Source of the DNA: a virus
Lineage: Duplodnaviria; Caudoviricetes
DNA length: 54,493 nucleotides
IMG/VR virus record: IMGVR_UViG_3300048996_000054
Coordinates: 1-54,493 of that record
Direction: 5' to 3' (one strand)
This document shows, one piece after another, positions 24,652 to 32,956 of this stretch (position 1 is its first letter; every line of letters starts with the position of its first letter). A program made the position numbers and the translations under genes. Below the pieces are notes generated by a model. The model was given only the letters and a program-made list of their open reading frames with translations. It was not told the DNA's origin and searched no databases.

Positions 24652-26207
24652 TGTCGCAGCTGGCCGAGATCCTTTCCGCGCTGTCCGCCCTCCCGGAGAA
24701 AGACCGGGAGGCGGTGGTGCGCGAAGCGATGGAGGCCACGAAGGACCTCAAGTGGGTGCCGAACCCCGGCCCGCAGACCGAGTGCTACTACTGCGAGGCC
24801 GAGGAAATCCTGTTCGGTGGCGAGCCGGGCGGCGGCAAGAGCCAGGTGGGCATCGGCCTGTCCCTGAACGAGCACGAGCGCTCGCTGCTGCTGCGCCGCA
24901 CGAACAAGGAAGCCGGCAAGTTCGTGGGAGAGGTCGAGCTGGTGCTCGGCACCCGCGACGGCTACAACGGCCAGAAGGACTGGTGGAAGCTGCCAGGCAA
25001 GCACCTGGACTTCGGCGGCGTGCAGCACGAGGACGACAAGCAGAAGTACAAGGGCGACCCGCACGACCTGATCTTCTTCGACGAGCTGACCGACTTCACC
25101 GAGTCGCAGTACATGTTTATCCGGCAGTGGAACCGCTCCACGACGCCGGGTCAGCGCTGCCGCACGGTGGGAAGCTCCAACGGTCCGACCAGCACCAATG
25201 GCCTGTGGGTGATCACCCGCTGGGCCGCCTGGCTGGACCCCAAGCACCCGAACCCGGCCAAGTCCGGCGAGATCCGCTGGTACCTGGTGGGCGACGACGG
25301 CAAGGAGATCGAGGTCGACGGGCCCGGCCCATACCCGGTACTGGGCCGGCAGGTGAAAGCGTCCTCGCGCACCTTCATCCGGTCCAAGCTGGAAGACAAC
25401 CCAGACCTGGCCGCCACCGACTACGGCTCGCGGCTGATGAACCAGTCGGAGAAGAACCGCAAGGCGTACGCGCTGGGCGACTTCGGCTCGATGCTGGAGG
25501 ACCACCCCTACCAAGCCATCCCGACCGAATGGGTGGTGCAGGCGCAGGAGCGCTGGACCAAGCTGCCGCCCTTCGGCGTGCCGATGTGCTCGCTGGGTGT
25601 CGACGTCGCGCAGGGCGGCAATGACGAGAGTGTGGTTGTCGAGCGCCACGATGCGTGGTTCTCCGAGCCCTTCAAGAAGCCCGGCAAGGAAACGCCCGAC
25701 GGCCCCTCCATCGCCGGCATGGTGACCTCGCGCCGCCGCGACGGTGCAAAACCCATCGTCGACGTCGGCGGCGGTTGGGGCGCGGAAGCCTACGGGCACC
25801 TGATCGGCAACGGCATCGAGGCCGAGGCGTACATGGGCATCAAGGCCACCCGCCTGCGCACCCTGGACAACTTGCACCCCTTCGTGAACGTGCGCAGCGC
25901 GGCCATCTGGAAGATGCGCGAGCTGCTCGACCCGAGCCAAGCCGGCGGCAGCCCTTGCGCCTTGCCTCCGAGCCGGATGCTGCTGGCGGACCTGACCGCT
26001 CCCATCTTCGAGATCACGCCCCGCGGCATTGCGGTGGAGTCCAAGGAAGACGTCTGCGCGCGGCTGGGCCGAAGCACCGACGAGGGCGACGCCACCGTGA
26101 TGGCGAACTGGGGTGGCGCGCGCATGGCCAGCCACTACCAGCAATGGAAAAAGCAAATGGCGCCCCCGCGCGTCGTCTTGAGCCGCCCGTCGGCACGGAG
26201 GAAGTAA
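24651..26207 (+). CDS. terL: terminase large subunit
   Basis: PNPGPQ, GGEPGGGKS Walker A, IFFDE Walker B, LGVDVAQGG.D nuclease motif, RS.DEGDA. Confidence 0.93.
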   Translation: MSQLAEILSALSALPEKDREAVVREAMEATKDLKWVPNPGPQTECYYCEAEEILFGGEPGGGKSQVGIGLSLNEHERSLLLRRTNKEAGKFVGEVELVLGTRDGYNGQKDWWKLPGKHLDFGGVQHEDDKQKYKGDPHDLIFFDELTDFTESQYMFIRQWNRSTTPGQRCRTVGSSNGPTSTNGLWVITRWAAWLDPKHPNPAKSGEIRWYLVGDDGKEIEVDGPGPYPVLGRQVKASSRTFIRSKLEDNPDLAATDYGSRLMNQSEKNRKAYALGDFGSMLEDHPYQAIPTEWVVQAQERWTKLPPFGVPMCSLGVDVAQGGNDESVVVERHDAWFSEPFKKPGKETPDGPSIAGMVTSRRRDGAKPIVDVGGGWGAEAYGHLIGNGIEAEAYMGIKATRLRTLDNLHPFVNVRSAAIWKMRELLDPSQAGGSPCALPPSRMLLADLTAPIFEITPRGIAVESKEDVCARLGRSTDEGDATVMANWGGARMASHYQQWKKQMAPPRVVLSRPSARRK

Positions 26208-26413
26208 TGGGCTCGCTATTCAGTTCGACTGCATCGAAGGTCACCGGCCTGCCTGGCATCGGCGGCAAGGGCGGAGGCGGCGAACCGGCCAAGGCCAAGG
26301 TTTTGCCGGTGCTGCTGAACACCTCGGAGCTTCGCGCCAAGCAGCGCCAGGCCGGCATGGCCAACACCATCGTGAGCGACACCCTCGGCGGCTCCAGTGA
26401 CGCAGTGGTCTGA
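26207..26413 (+). CDS. small virion protein (T7 gp7.3-like position)
   Basis: MGSLFS...QRQAGMANTIVSD; TAATG-coupled to terL. Confidence 0.55.
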   Translation: MGSLFSSTASKVTGLPGIGGKGGGGEPAKAKVLPVLLNTSELRAKQRQAGMANTIVSDTLGGSSDAVV

Positions 26414-26426
26414 ACAGGAGAACACC

Positions 26427-26606
26427 ATGAGCGGACTCTTCGGCAAAACGCCCACTCCTCCCCCCATCGCCCCTCCGGCGGTGATGCCTGTCATCGGTGA
26501 CGAAGCCGTGGCCAAGGCAAAGAAGAACGCCATCGCCAGCGCACAGCAGCGTGGCGGGCGCGCAAGCACGATCCTGACCGACGCCACCGACGACAAGCTG
26601 GGCTGA
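26427..26606 (+). CDS. small virion protein preceding the portal
   Basis: MSGLFGKTPTPPP...QRGGRASTILTD..KLG. Confidence 0.7.
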   Translation: MSGLFGKTPTPPPIAPPAVMPVIGDEAVAKAKKNAIASAQQRGGRASTILTDATDDKLG

Positions 26607-26610
26607 CCGA

Positions 26611-28260
26611 ATGAGCGACGTCAAAAAGCTGGTCGACCGCGCGAATGCCCTGCTTGGCAAGAGGTTCGACCTCCTGCAGCTGTGGCAGACCATCGCGGAT
26701 AACTTCTACGTCGAGCGCGCCACCTTCACGGTCACGCGCGAGATGGGTGCGGAGTTCGCCGACCACCTGATGACGTCCTACCCGCTCATGGTCCGCCGTG
26801 ACTTGGGCAACCAGTTCTCCGGCATGCTGCGGCCGACTTCGAAGGACTGGTTCAAGATGTCCACCGAGCGGGCGCAGACGGACCTGCAGGCCCGCGCCTG
26901 GCTGGAGTACGCGACCGGCGTGCAGAAGCGCGCCATGTACGACCGGAAGGCCCGGTTCGTGCGCGCCACCAAGGAAGGTGACCACGACTTCGCCGCCTTT
27001 GGGCAGTGCGTGATCAGCGTGGAGAAGTACCAGCCGCCAGACATCGGCCGCCAAGCCTTTCCGCCCCACCTGCTGTATCGCTGCTGGCACCTGCGCGATT
27101 GTGCCTGGGCCGAGGACGTGACTGGTGAGGTGAACACCTTCGTGCGCAAGTGGAAGCCGTCGCTGATGGTGCTGAATCAGAAGTTCCCCGGCAAGCTGAG
27201 CCCCAAGCGGATGCAGCAGCTGGAGAAGGACCCGCTGATGGAGGTGGAATGCCTGCACATTGTGGTGCCGGCCGACACCTACGACTGCATGGACGGCAAG
27301 AAGTACCGCACCCGGTACGTGAGCGTCTACGTCGACATCGACGAGCAGACGGCCCTGGAAGAAGTCGGCCAGCGCTCCATGATGTACGTGGTACCGCGGT
27401 GGCAGACGGTGAGCGACAGCCAATACGCCTACAGCCCGGCCACTGTCTGCGCGCTGCCCGACGCCCGGCTGCTGCAGGCCATGACGCTGACCCTACTGGA
27501 GGCCGGCGAGAAGGCGGTGAACCCGCCGATGGTCGGCGTGCAGACCGCGCTGCGCTCGGACCTGAACCTCTTCGCCGGTGGCTTCACCGCGGTGGACGCG
27601 GCGTACGACGAGCGGCTGGGCGAGGTGCTGAGGCCCCTGACCAGCGACAAGTCGGGGCTTCCCTACGGCATCGAGGTCCGTGACGACATCAAAGCGAGCC
27701 TGATGGACGCCTTCTTCCTGAACAAGCTGAATCTGCCGCCGGTCGACACGGCCAAGATGACGGCCTACGAGGTGAGCCAGCGCGTCTCGGAGTACATCCG
27801 CCAGGCGCTGCCGCTGTTCGAACCGCTCGAGTCCGACTACAACGGGGCCCTCTGCGAGCGCACCTTCGACATCCTGATGCAGGACGGCGCCTTCGGGCCG
27901 GTCGACACCATCCCGGAAGCGCTGAGCGAGGAGGAGGTCACCTTCCGCTTCGAGTCCCCGCTGCAAGAAGCTGTGGAGCGCCAGAAAGCCACCATCTTCA
28001 TGGAAGGCCAGGGCCTGGTGGCGCAGGCGGTGCAGGTCGACCAGACCGCCGTCTCCGTGATCAACGCGCCCAAGGCTCTGCGCGAGGCACTGCTCGGTAT
28101 CGGCATGTCGCCGGCCAACATCCGCAGCGAGGAAGAGATCGACGAGATCGTGGCCGCAGAGGAGCAGAAGGCACAAGCCGCCCAGCTGCTGCAAGGCATG
28201 CAGGCCGCCGCCGACGTGGCGAAGACGGCCGGTGAAGCAGCGGGGGCCTTCCAGGTATGA
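26611..28260 (+). CDS. portal / head-tail connector (T7 gp8-like, BPP-1 type)
   Basis: 549 aa; WF, YVVPRW......YAYSPA..ALPD...LQ, MTAYEV. Confidence 0.92.
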   Translation: MSDVKKLVDRANALLGKRFDLLQLWQTIADNFYVERATFTVTREMGAEFADHLMTSYPLMVRRDLGNQFSGMLRPTSKDWFKMSTERAQTDLQARAWLEYATGVQKRAMYDRKARFVRATKEGDHDFAAFGQCVISVEKYQPPDIGRQAFPPHLLYRCWHLRDCAWAEDVTGEVNTFVRKWKPSLMVLNQKFPGKLSPKRMQQLEKDPLMEVECLHIVVPADTYDCMDGKKYRTRYVSVYVDIDEQTALEEVGQRSMMYVVPRWQTVSDSQYAYSPATVCALPDARLLQAMTLTLLEAGEKAVNPPMVGVQTALRSDLNLFAGGFTAVDAAYDERLGEVLRPLTSDKSGLPYGIEVRDDIKASLMDAFFLNKLNLPPVDTAKMTAYEVSQRVSEYIRQALPLFEPLESDYNGALCERTFDILMQDGAFGPVDTIPEALSEEEVTFRFESPLQEAVERQKATIFMEGQGLVAQAVQVDQTAVSVINAPKALREALLGIGMSPANIRSEEEIDEIVAAEEQKAQAAQLLQGMQAAADVAKTAGEAAGAFQV

Positions 28261-28571
28261 CCGCTCCCCAGATCCGCGAGCGCTGGCTGCCGGCCGAGTG
28301 GGAGGTGCCCGATGCAGCCGCCCTGCAGGCGCTCGCCCGCGGCGATGCCACCCCGGACCAGCAGCTGCGCGCGCTCAAGTGGGTGATCGAGGCCGCCGCT
28401 GGCACCTACGAGCACACCTTCGTGCCCGGCGCGAGCGACCAGAGCACCTACCTGGAGGGCCGCCGCTCGGTGGGCCTGCAGATGGTGAAGCTGCTCAAGG
28501 TGAGCCTGCCCGCTCTGAAGCAGGCGGCCGAGGCGAAGAAGAACCAACCCGCGCGCAAGCGCAACACCTGA
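28257..28571 (+). CDS. Bbp19-like protein
   Basis: STYLEGRRSVGLQ motif between portal and scaffold. Confidence 0.7.
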   Translation: MTAPQIRERWLPAEWEVPDAAALQALARGDATPDQQLRALKWVIEAAAGTYEHTFVPGASDQSTYLEGRRSVGLQMVKLLKVSLPALKQAAEAKKNQPARKRNT

Positions 28572-28581
28572 AGGAAACCTC

Positions 28582-29604
28582 ATGTTCAAGCGCAATCCAC
28601 TGCTGATGGTCGACGATCCTGGTGCTGCTGGTGGCGGTGCTGCTGCCGCCGCTGGAGGGGCTGGCGCTGGCGCCGGCGCTGGTGGTCAAACGGGTGCTTC
28701 CGCTGGTGCTGCGGACGCCGGGGCCAAGGCTGGCGCGGCTTCCGGCGCCGCCGATGCTGGTGGGCAAGGCGCTGCTGCCGCCGGCGCCGAGGGTGGTGCA
28801 GGTGCTGCCGCCAAGGAACCGCCGAAAGCCGACTGGGCCGAGGACTGGCGCACCAAGCTGGCCGGCGAGAAGCCCGACAAGCAGCTCGAGCGCATGGCCT
28901 CTCCCAAGGACGTCTACAACTCATGGAAGGCGCTGCAGTCCAAGCTGTCCAGCGGCGAACTCAAGTCGACCCTGCCCAAGGACGCCAAGCCAGAGGACGT
29001 GGCCAAGTGGCGCACCGAGAACGGCATCCCGGAGAAGCACACCGACTACAAGATGCCCGATGGCGTGGTGGTGGGGGACGCCGACAAGCCGCTGATCGAC
29101 CTGTTCCTGCAGGACATGCACGGCAAGAACGCCTCGCCGGAGATGGTGCAGACCGCGGTGGCCAGCTACTACAAGATCCAGGAGCAGCAGGCCGCCGCCA
29201 TCGCCGAGGCCGACGTCTCGCACAAAGACGAGATGGAGAACACGCTGCGCGCCGAGTGGGGCGCGGAGTACCGCGGCAACGTCAACGCCATCACCTCCAT
29301 GCTGTCGACGGCGCCAGGCGGCATCAAGGACAAGATCCTCAGCGCCCGCATGGCCGACGGCCGGGCGATCATGAACGACCCGGACGTCCTGCGCTGGTTC
29401 GCCACCACCTCGCGCGAGCTCAACCCGGTGGCGACCGTCGTCCCTTCCGGCGGCGACCAGATGGGCGCCATCACCGACGAACTTGCCGGCATCGAGAAGC
29501 TTATGGGCAACCGCTCCAGTGAGTACTGGAAGGGCCCGAAGGCCGACGCGATGCAGGCCCGATACCGCACCCTGGTCGCCGCGCGCGACCGGAAGACCAA
29601 ATGA
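28582..29604 (+). CDS. capsid scaffolding protein
   Basis: Gly/Ala-rich N-terminus, GIPEK..DY, LRAEWG..Y, YWKG; immediately upstream of the capsid gene. Confidence 0.8.
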   Translation: MFKRNPLLMVDDPGAAGGGAAAAAGGAGAGAGAGGQTGASAGAADAGAKAGAASGAADAGGQGAAAAGAEGGAGAAAKEPPKADWAEDWRTKLAGEKPDKQLERMASPKDVYNSWKALQSKLSSGELKSTLPKDAKPEDVAKWRTENGIPEKHTDYKMPDGVVVGDADKPLIDLFLQDMHGKNASPEMVQTAVASYYKIQEQQAAAIAEADVSHKDEMENTLRAEWGAEYRGNVNAITSMLSTAPGGIKDKILSARMADGRAIMNDPDVLRWFATTSRELNPVATVVPSGGDQMGAITDELAGIEKLMGNRSSEYWKGPKADAMQARYRTLVAARDRKTK

Positions 29605-29644
29605 CCCAGCTCCAAGTCCCGAACGCAACCCGGGCACGCCTCAC

Positions 29645-29765
29645 GAGGCCGGACAACCGCGCAAGCGCCCCGGCTGGTGGAGGTGGTTCGCTGACGACAG
29701 CGCCCCGCCAAGGAGCGCGCCGGCCCCGCAAGGGCAACCCGGCGCCCCTGACGCGGGCAACCGCC
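29645..29765 (+). promoter_or_regulatory. structured capsid-gene leader with GCAA-tetraloop / CAACC elements
   Basis: GCCGG-ACAAC-CGC-GCAA-GCG-CC-CCGGC and GCGCCGG-C-CCC-GCAA-GGG-CAAC-CCGGCGC hairpins. Confidence 0.5.
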
Positions 29766-29805
29766 GCCTCAGCTTGCACCTTCGCAACTACCCAAGGAGT
29801 TCAGC

Positions 29806-30654
29806 ATGGCTGACACCGCATTCCAGACGCAATACCGTCAAGAGTTCATCCAGGGCTTCGAACAGCACCAGTCGCTTCTGCGCGGCACGGTGACCACCGA
29901 GGCCGTCATCAAGGGCAACACCGCCGTGTTCCTCGTCGCCGATTCGGGCGCCGCCACCGCGGTCACCCGCGGCGTGAACGGCCTCATCCCGGCGCGCGCG
30001 GACAACATGACGCAGAACAGCTGCACGCTGTCCGAGTGGCACGACCTGGTGCGCAAGACCGGGTTCAACATCTTCGCCAGCCAGGGCGACCAGCGCGGCA
30101 TCATGCAGATGACCACGCAGGCTGTGATCAACCGCAAGATCGACAGCCAGATCATCACCGAGCTGAACACGGCCACCAACGACACCGGCGCCACGAAAAC
30201 GGCGTCGATCAACCTGGTCACGCGCGGCCAGGTGATCCTGGGCAACAACGGCGTGCCGTGGGACAACTGGATCACGCTGCTGTGCACGCCGGCCTTCCTG
30301 GGCTACCTGCGTCAGGCGCCGGAGTTCAGCCGCGCGTCGTACGTGAACAGCAAGCCGTTCGAGTCGGGCCCGGACTGGCGCGACACGCCGGTGTCCTACC
30401 GCTGGGACAACATGCTGATCGTCGTACACCCCAACCTGCCCGGCGTCGGCACCTCCGCCGAGAAGTGCTTCATGTACCACAAGAACGCCATCGGCCATGC
30501 CGCTGACGTCAAGGGCATGGAGACCCCGGTGGGCTACGACGAGGAGCAAGCCTACTCGTTCGCCCGCGCGTCCATGAACATGGGCGCCAAGCTGCTGCAG
30601 AACAGCGGCGTGGTCGTTTTCAATCACGACGGCAGCGCATTTTCGGCTGAGTAA
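29806..30654 (+). CDS. major capsid protein
   Basis: AFQTQYRQEFIQGFEQ.QS.LR, AVINRKID..II; strong codon bias; AAGGAG RBS. Confidence 0.9.
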   Translation: MADTAFQTQYRQEFIQGFEQHQSLLRGTVTTEAVIKGNTAVFLVADSGAATAVTRGVNGLIPARADNMTQNSCTLSEWHDLVRKTGFNIFASQGDQRGIMQMTTQAVINRKIDSQIITELNTATNDTGATKTASINLVTRGQVILGNNGVPWDNWITLLCTPAFLGYLRQAPEFSRASYVNSKPFESGPDWRDTPVSYRWDNMLIVVHPNLPGVGTSAEKCFMYHKNAIGHAADVKGMETPVGYDEEQAYSFARASMNMGAKLLQNSGVVVFNHDGSAFSAE

Positions 30655-30660
30655 TCCGGC

Positions 30661-31260
30661 ATGAACGTGCTGTCCATCTCCCAAGCCAAAGCCGAAGGGC
30701 TCACCCGGTATTTCACCGGGAAGCCTTGCGGCAAAGGCCATGTCTCCGAGCGCATGGTGTCGAACAAGTGCTGCGTGACTTGCCTTCGGGCAAAGCGCAA
30801 GGTACAGCGCCAGGCCAACCCGGAGCGGGAGGCGGCAGTGCGCCGTGCATGGGTTGCCTCGAATCCCGAGCACCACAAAGCCCTCAAGGCTGCATGGAAC
30901 AAGGCCGATCCCGAAGGTCAGGCCAAGCGTTCACGCGCTTGGTACCTCCGCAACAAGGAACAGGCCGACACCGCATCCAAGCGGTGGGTCGAGGAAAACC
31001 GTGGTCGTGCAAACGCGAGGGTCGTCCGGTATCACGCCGAACGACTCCAGCGGACGCCGGCCTGGGCTGACATCGGCCTGATCGACGACATCTACTCGCT
31101 CGCCTCGGTCCTTCGGGTCCATGGCGGTGTGCAGGTGGACGTCGACCATGAAGTCCCACTGCGGGGCCGCAAGGTGAGCGGGCTGCACACGCACCACAAC
31201 CTACGTCTTCTCGACTCGACGCAAAACAAGTCGAAGAGCAACCATTTCAACGTTTCATAG
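30661..31260 (+). CDS. free-standing HNH (homing) endonuclease
   Basis: YFTGKPC..GH..ER......CVTC; RTPAWAD; VDHEVPLRG..VSGLH...NL.......N.SKSN. Confidence 0.85.
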   Translation: MNVLSISQAKAEGLTRYFTGKPCGKGHVSERMVSNKCCVTCLRAKRKVQRQANPEREAAVRRAWVASNPEHHKALKAAWNKADPEGQAKRSRAWYLRNKEQADTASKRWVEENRGRANARVVRYHAERLQRTPAWADIGLIDDIYSLASVLRVHGGVQVDVDHEVPLRGRKVSGLHTHHNLRLLDSTQNKSKSNHFNVS

Positions 31261-31269
31261 GAGCCACAC

Positions 31270-31527
31270 ATGGCCTATTCCACCGCAACCCCGCCCAACA
31301 AGCTGATGGACGCCGTCGGCGGCAACGGCGCGATCTGGAGCTACCGCTCCACGGACGCTGTCGCCACCGTGCGCGGCGCGAACTACATCACCAACGCCGT
31401 CGACCTCGGCATGAAGACCGGCGACATCGTCTTCAGCGCCGAGACCGACCAGGCGCCGGTGCTGGGCTCGGTCAGCGTCGTGGGCGCCGTCGCCGCTGCG
31501 GGCGCCACGCTGTACGCGCTGACCTGA
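31270..31527 (+). CDS. small capsid-associated protein
   Basis: WSYRSTDA.ATV...NY.TNA..LGMK.GD; AGGAG RBS. Confidence 0.7.
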   Translation: MAYSTATPPNKLMDAVGGNGAIWSYRSTDAVATVRGANYITNAVDLGMKTGDIVFSAETDQAPVLGSVSVVGAVAAAGATLYALT

Positions 31528-31536
31528 TCTGCGCAG

Positions 31537-31562
31537 GGGAGGGCCTTCGGGCCTTCCCATTC
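31537..31562 (+). terminator. UUCG hairpin / probable terminator after the head genes
   Basis: GGGAGGGCC-TTCG-GGCCTTCCC, weak U tail. Confidence 0.55.
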
Positions 31563-31585
31563 CCTCCACCTCACAAGGAACCCTC

Positions 31586-32041
31586 ATGGAAGTCATCGAG
31601 AAGAAGGCCACGCACCGCAAGCTCACCGCCCCGCGGTTCAAGAACGCCGAGTTCGAGCGTACCGTCTGGCAAGCCTCCATCGAGGCTGGCGTGCCGTTCG
31701 AAGAAGTGCAGAAGCCCGAGTTCTGGGGCCACGTGGCCGAGAGCCTGAAGCCACTCGCGCGCATCGAGGTCATCGCCGAGGACCTGAGCTACTTCGCCGA
31801 GCTGATCGTGATCGACTGCGACCGCCTCTGGGCCAAGACCGCGGTGCTGCGCTTCGTGGAACTGGATGGCCAAGCCGCGCCGCCCACGCTTCCGGCCGAC
31901 TATCGCGTCGAATACAAGGGACCGACCAAGAAGCACGTCGTCATCCGCGAGTCGGACAACACGATCGTGCAGGAAGGCATCGCCACCAAAGCCGAGGCCA
32001 ATACCTGGGTCGGCGAGCACGTGAAGACCCTGGCGCGCTGA
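31586..32041 (+). CDS. hypothetical protein
   Basis: 151 aa, strong codon bias, RBS. Confidence 0.7.
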   Translation: MEVIEKKATHRKLTAPRFKNAEFERTVWQASIEAGVPFEEVQKPEFWGHVAESLKPLARIEVIAEDLSYFAELIVIDCDRLWAKTAVLRFVELDGQAAPPTLPADYRVEYKGPTKKHVVIRESDNTIVQEGIATKAEANTWVGEHVKTLAR

Positions 32042-32042
32042 C

Positions 32043-32318
32043 ATGGCCACGATCCCGACCATCGCTGACGTGCTCGACGGCTTGGTTGCCGGGCGGTACA
32101 CGCGCGCGCAGGCGCTGGTCTGGATCGACCTGCTGATTGGCGAGGCCTGCGACGCCTCCTGTGACCGGGACGCCGCGGCGCGCGCAGCAATGCAGACCCT
32201 ACTGGCCGACCGAAAGTTTGTGCAGGACGCCATCAACGCCAGGCAGAACCCGATGGATGCGGTCGCCTGCGAAGCCTACCGGGCCGCCGATTCGATGAAA
32301 AAAGCGAGGAGCGCATGA
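32043..32318 (+). CDS. hypothetical protein
   Basis: RD..AA.AMQ.LL...AY..AD.M.KAR phage motif. Confidence 0.55.
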   Translation: MATIPTIADVLDGLVAGRYTRAQALVWIDLLIGEACDASCDRDAAARAAMQTLLADRKFVQDAINARQNPMDAVACEAYRAADSMKKARSA

Positions 32319-32956
32319 CCACCACCAGCCGCCTGACCCTCTACAACGGCGCCCTGCGTGAACTGGGTGAGCGTCAGCTGGCCTCCATCACGGAGAACCG
32401 GGAGTCCCGCCGCATGCTCGACGCGGCTTGGGACGACAACGCCGTGCAGCGTGCGCTCGAGGCCGGCCAGTGGCTCTTTGCCTGCCGCTCCATGCAGTAC
32501 GACTACAGCCCTTCGGTGGAGCCGCCCTTCGGTTTCCAGCGGGCCTTCAACAAGCCGGACGACTTCGTGCGGACCCTGGCCATCTGCTCGGACGCCTACT
32601 TTCGGACCCCCCTCACGGCCCGGCAGGTGTCCGACGAGGCCGGCTACTGGTTCTCCGACCTGGACACCATCTACGTGAAGTACGTGTCCAACGCTGCGGA
32701 ATACGGCGGCGCCATGGCTCGCTGGCCGCAGTCGTTCGTCAAGTACCTCGAGGCCCTGCTGGCGCGCGACATCGCCATGCCCCTGAAGCAGAACCGCCAG
32801 GCCATGCTCGACATGGAGCAGCTGATGGAAAAGCGGCTCACCGAGGCCAAGTCGCAAAACGCGATGGCCGACGGCTCCAAGCAGCTGCCGGTGGGTAGCT
32901 GGGTCGGAGCGCGCTTCGGCGGCCTCTGGGGCAGCCGCAACAGGAACGGCCAGTGA
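32315..32956 (+). CDS. tail tubular protein A (adaptor, T7 gp11-like)
   Basis: LYNGALRELGE..LAS, W.FA, F.KP.DFVR, F...LEA.LA..IA. Confidence 0.85.
   Translation: MTTTSRLTLYNGALRELGERQLASITENRESRRMLDAAWDDNAVQRALEAGQWLFACRSMQYDYSPSVEPPFGFQRAFNKPDDFVRTLAICSDAYFRTPLTARQVSDEAGYWFSDLDTIYVKYVSNAAEYGGAMARWPQSFVKYLEALLARDIAMPLKQNRQAMLDMEQLMEKRLTEAKSQNAMADGSKQLPVGSWVGARFGGLWGSRNRNGQ

Noticed and set aside
28612-28812. GGTGCT/GGCGCT repeat tract
   Set aside because: It encodes the Gly/Ala low-complexity N-terminus of the scaffold protein and is not a separate repeat element.
29601-29813. 70-aa ORF between scaffold and capsid genes
   Set aside because: Arg/Pro/Ala-rich with poor codon bias; coincides with hairpins and is better explained as a leader.
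30613-30654. T7 gene 10-style -1 frameshift at GTT TTC in the capsid gene
   Set aside because: The context is C-GTT-TTC rather than G-GTT-TTC, and the -1 frame stops at TGA within about 10 codons.
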